A DNA stretch of 64,000 nucleotides, taken from NCBI GenBank assembly GCA_965242965.1, contig OZ251518.1, positions 512,001 through 576,000 on the forward strand, written 5' to 3'. A program made the position numbers and the translations under genes. The notes below the pieces were generated by a model. It made no database searches. It was not told the origin of the DNA and was given only the letters and a program-made list of their open reading frames with translations. Position 1 is the first letter of the stretch. Each line of letters opens with the position of its first letter. This document shows, in pieces, positions 60,958 to 64,000 of this stretch. The stretch comes from Candidatus Poribacteria bacterium. GTDB lineage: Bacteria > Poribacteria > WGA-4E > WGA-3G.

Positions 60958-61588
60958 GTTTGCCCTTCTGAATTTCGCTGAGCAGTGCCGCCGTTGCAAC
61001 CTGCGGTTCCGGATGCGCGCACACCGCGGAGATGACAGCGATGCCGTGTGCCCCCGCACGAATTACCTCCGCCGCCGTGTCTATCGTAATCCCGCCGATT
61101 GCGATGACAGGACACGCCGCAATCTCGCACATTCGGTGAAGCCTCGCGAGGCCTTTCGCAGATTCCGCATCCGGCTTTGAGGTAGTCCCATAAATTGGAC
61201 CGAATCCGATATAGTCTGCACCTTCCGAAATCGCGGCGAGGATTTTCTCTTCTGTCCGCGCCGAAGCACCGATGATAGTCTCCGCAGGGAGGATGCGTCT
61301 ACCGATGGTGACAGGCATGTCGTCTTGTCCAAAGTGCGCGCCTTTCGCGCCGACTGCCAACGCGATATCGGCACGATCGTTGATAATTAATGGCACGCCG
61401 TTTTGCGCGCAGACGACTTGCATTTCTTGGGCTGTCCGCACTAATTCGCGCGTTGTGCCTATTTTCTGCCGAAATTGCACCGTATCCGCGCCGCCGGCAA
61501 TTGCAAGTTCTGCCAGCTGCGCGTGTGTGAATCGGGACTGAAGCGTTGTATCTGTGATGACGTGAAGCACGCCGATTGTTTTTTTCAT
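60941..61588 (-). CDS. thiE: Thiamine-phosphate synthase
   Basis: VQFRQK, IINDR.D, HFGQDD, GPIYGTTSK, AIGGI. Confidence 0.95.
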   Translation of the reverse strand: MKKTIGVLHVITDTTLQSRFTHAQLAELAIAGGADTVQFRQKIGTTRELVRTAQEMQVVCAQNGVPLIINDRADIALAVGAKGAHFGQDDMPVTIGRRILPAETIIGASARTEEKILAAISEGADYIGFGPIYGTTSKPDAESAKGLARLHRMCEIAACPVIAIGGITIDTAAEVIRAGAHGIAVISAVCAHPEPQVATAALLSEIQKGKHESSQ

Positions 61589-61680
61589 CGTCTTGGTTAC
61601 CAAATGAAGTCGGGTAGGCTCCCCTAGCATCTTGACTTTTCACGATTAAGCAAATCCGAACTACAGAGGTGCATTTCGCG

Positions 61681-62469
61681 TTATGTGTCGGCAGATAGCC
61701 TCAACACTGAGCGAATTGCATCGCGGACTTCTTCACAACTGCGCGTCGCGTGTTCAACATCTGCCTCTGTCGCAAAATACGCCGGGTACCGGCCATCCAC
61801 GGCGTATTTTCCAAATGCCTCAAAATCGCGTTGCCCCCTGCGCCATTCAGGGTGCGCTGGCACTATCAGCGTCAGGAGTTGGTTCAAGTCATGCGTTCTT
61901 GGTGCGCGGATGTTTGCTTCCTGCAACCATGCCTTGAGATATTTTTCGATGCACTGCTGCGCGTGGAAACAGGTAATATCAAGAAAACCGGGTGTGGACA
62001 AATGTTGCAGATGCAACTTAACCGAGGCATAATCTCCCTCAGCCTTATGCACCAATTCCAGTGTCAACGGGTTCATGGAGCCATTTTCTTCCCATACCGG
62101 TACTAAGGCTTCTGCTGTAAGGCGCAGCTGGGCTTCGTGTGGCGGCAATGCCCCTTGCGTTTCATAAAGCACGTCGCCTTTCTCAAGCGCATCGCGCAGG
62201 AACCAGTCGTTATGCGAAACGCGATATACCAGTTCCGCCGCAGACTGGACGTGCAAATCCAGTTGAAACCGTTCAGGAATGCGTCTTTTTATTTCCAACC
62301 CCTGCTGCCACGCCCCTGATTGCAGCATCGCCATGACGACGAGGATATCGACATCGGAGTCTTCTGTCGGTGTGCCATAGGCATAAGAACCGAAGAGTAT
62401 GACTTGTAGTGGTGCGAATTCTCGGACGATGTCATTACAGGTGGCTTGAATCTGTTGTGTGGAAATCAT
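61681..62469 (-). CDS. MNT (minimal nucleotidyltransferase)-HEPN fusion, copy 1
   Basis: LFGSYAYG...DSDVD; CFHAQQCIEKYLKA, THDL, RY. Confidence 0.88.
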   Translation of the reverse strand: MISTQQIQATCNDIVREFAPLQVILFGSYAYGTPTEDSDVDILVVMAMLQSGAWQQGLEIKRRIPERFQLDLHVQSAAELVYRVSHNDWFLRDALEKGDVLYETQGALPPHEAQLRLTAEALVPVWEENGSMNPLTLELVHKAEGDYASVKLHLQHLSTPGFLDITCFHAQQCIEKYLKAWLQEANIRAPRTHDLNQLLTLIVPAHPEWRRGQRDFEAFGKYAVDGRYPAYFATEADVEHATRSCEEVRDAIRSVLRLSADT

Positions 62470-62540
62470 GGTTACATGCCTCCTTGGAAATAAAGTATAG
62501 CATGGAAACGGCATTGCTGTCAACGCAGAAACGCGAAAAT

Positions 62541-63317
62541 CTATTCTATAGAGATGCCTAACGCGGCGCGGACTTCGGCGCGAACCTCATTGCAAATGCG
62601 TACTGCCTGCGCCACATCTTCCTCGGTTGCAGCACCGGAATACCGCCCATTCACGGCGTATGTGTCAAAAGGCGCGAATGGGATGTGCCACTTACGCCAT
62701 TCAGGGTGCGCTGGGACTATCAGCGTCAGGAGTTGGTTCAAGTCGTGCGTTCTCGGTGGGCGGATGTTTGCTTCCTGCAGCCATGCTTTGAGATATTTTT
62801 CAATGCACTGCTGCGCGTGGAAACAGATAATATCCGGAATAGTTCGGGTGCCTATCTGCGGGAGCATTGATTGCACCGTAATGTAATCTCCTTCAGCCTT
62901 TTCCACCAATTCCATCGTCAATGGATTCATGGAACCGTCCTCCCATACTGGCACTAACGCTTTTTCGGCAAGGTGCAGCGTGCCGTTATTCGGCGGTGCG
63001 TCTTGTATTTCGTAAAGCACGTCGCCTTTCTCAAGCGCATCGCGCAGAAACCAGTCATTATGCGAAACGCGATAGGCGATTTCTTGGGGAGACCGGACGT
63101 GCAAATCCAACCGAAACCGCGTGGGAATGCGTCTTTTCATTTCCAGCTCTTGTCGCCGTGTCTCCGATTGCAGCGTCGCCATGACGACGAGTAGATCGAC
63201 ATCGGAGTCTTCTGTCGGTGTGCCGTATGCGTAAGAACCGAAGAGGATGACTCGCAGAGGTGCGAATTCTCGAACGATGTCATCACAAGTGGCTTGAATT
63301 TGTTGTGTGGAAATCAT
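62541..63317 (-). CDS. MNT-HEPN fusion, copy 2
   Basis: Same motifs; tandem duplicate that includes the upstream TTGACA-18-TATACT. Confidence 0.88.
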   Translation of the reverse strand: MISTQQIQATCDDIVREFAPLRVILFGSYAYGTPTEDSDVDLLVVMATLQSETRRQELEMKRRIPTRFRLDLHVRSPQEIAYRVSHNDWFLRDALEKGDVLYEIQDAPPNNGTLHLAEKALVPVWEDGSMNPLTMELVEKAEGDYITVQSMLPQIGTRTIPDIICFHAQQCIEKYLKAWLQEANIRPPRTHDLNQLLTLIVPAHPEWRKWHIPFAPFDTYAVNGRYSGAATEEDVAQAVRICNEVRAEVRAALGISIE

Positions 63318-63453
63318 GGTGACGTGCCTCCTTGCAGATAAAGTATAACACGGAAACAGCGCGGCTGTCAACGCGGGAATGCAATCCTTGCAAACCAAGT
63401 CGAAATGTGGTAAACTGCCATTTAATCATTATATCACATGCAGGAGAATTTTT

Positions 63454-64000
63454 GTGACTAATTTGTTACTTCAATCCGGTGAGAAGGTGCTTTTCATCGG
63501 GGACAGCATTACGGATTGCGGACGGCGAGATGCCCACGCGCCTCTCGGGCACGGCTACGTCCGCAAGATAACGGAACTCATCACGGCGAAATACCCCGAA
63601 CGCGACATCGCTTATGTCAACAAGGGGATTGGTGGGGATATCGTTGAAGGGTTGGAAAAGCGTTGGGATACGGATGTTATCGCCGAGGCACCGGCATGGC
63701 TTTCGGTGAAAATCGGGATTAACAACGCCAGTCGCCAGCACGCGGAAGGCGTTGCAACCGAAGATTATCTGCCTCATTGGGAGGCGTGCTATCGGCGTAT
63801 CCTGCAGCGTGTTCGCGACGAACTGCAGGCGCAACTCTTTCTGTTTGAGATTTTCTATATCGCGGAAGACGTTGATGTGCCGCGTCCGTTAGCTGTTGAT
63901 GCCTATAACGCTAGCATCCATCGGCTCGCTGCGGAATTTGACGCGCGGCTTATCCAGACGAGTGTTGCTTTTAAGCAGGCAGTCGCCGCTCGCCCCGGGG
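63454..64000 (+). CDS. SGNH/GDSL hydrolase (3' end outside the window)
   Basis: AGGAG RBS, GTG start; translated by hand as VLFIGDSITDCGR..NKGIGG..IGINN. Confidence 0.85.
   Translation, partial: MTNLLLQSGEKVLFIGDSITDCGRRDAHAPLGHGYVRKITELITAKYPERDIAYVNKGIGGDIVEGLEKRWDTDVIAEAPAWLSVKIGINNASRQHAEGVATEDYLPHWEACYRRILQRVRDELQAQLFLFEIFYIAEDVDVPRPLAVDAYNASIHRLAAEFDARLIQTSVAFKQAVAARPG

Noticed and set aside
61590-61680. TPP riboswitch upstream of thiE
   Set aside because: The spacer is short, lacks recognisable TPP core motifs and contains REP fragments.

Overview
Bacterial chromosomal window. The gene repertoire points to a Candidatus Poribacteria-like sponge symbiont (inference, not a database result): four PhyH dioxygenases, TolB-like and WD40 propellers, a cohesin/dockerin protein, secreted proteins ending in a 'GKLxxxWxxIK' tail, and many Uma2-type and PD-(D/E)xK nucleases. 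Housekeeping genes: the atpFHAG-(DUF1992)-DC operon, mdh, dnaK, fabV, ridA, thiE, an M42 peptidase, a sialidase and a phosphohexomutase. Accessory content: (i) a 7-15.6 kb cluster of three TolB-like propellers, an atypical sigma-70 factor and two exported proteins sharing an unrecognised 'FGDIP' domain; (ii) a type III R-M system whose mod gene is frameshifted in a G9 tract; (iii) a TcmP + DUF5131 pair, two orphan ORFs and a fused type IIG-like R-M gene; (iv) tandem nuclease-like paralogs and tandem MNT-HEPN fusions. The most striking non-coding signal is a family of about 14 intergenic mosaics of REP-like palindromes. Many are bounded by a 15-bp terminal inverted repeat (GAGGGTGTTTCATAA), and two have perfect 8-bp target-site duplications. 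Two sit at the predicted +1 of consensus sigma-70 promoters. Two enclose an intact antitoxin gene whose toxin partner is cut off after about 9 codons. No rRNA, tRNA, CRISPR array or transposase gene was seen.
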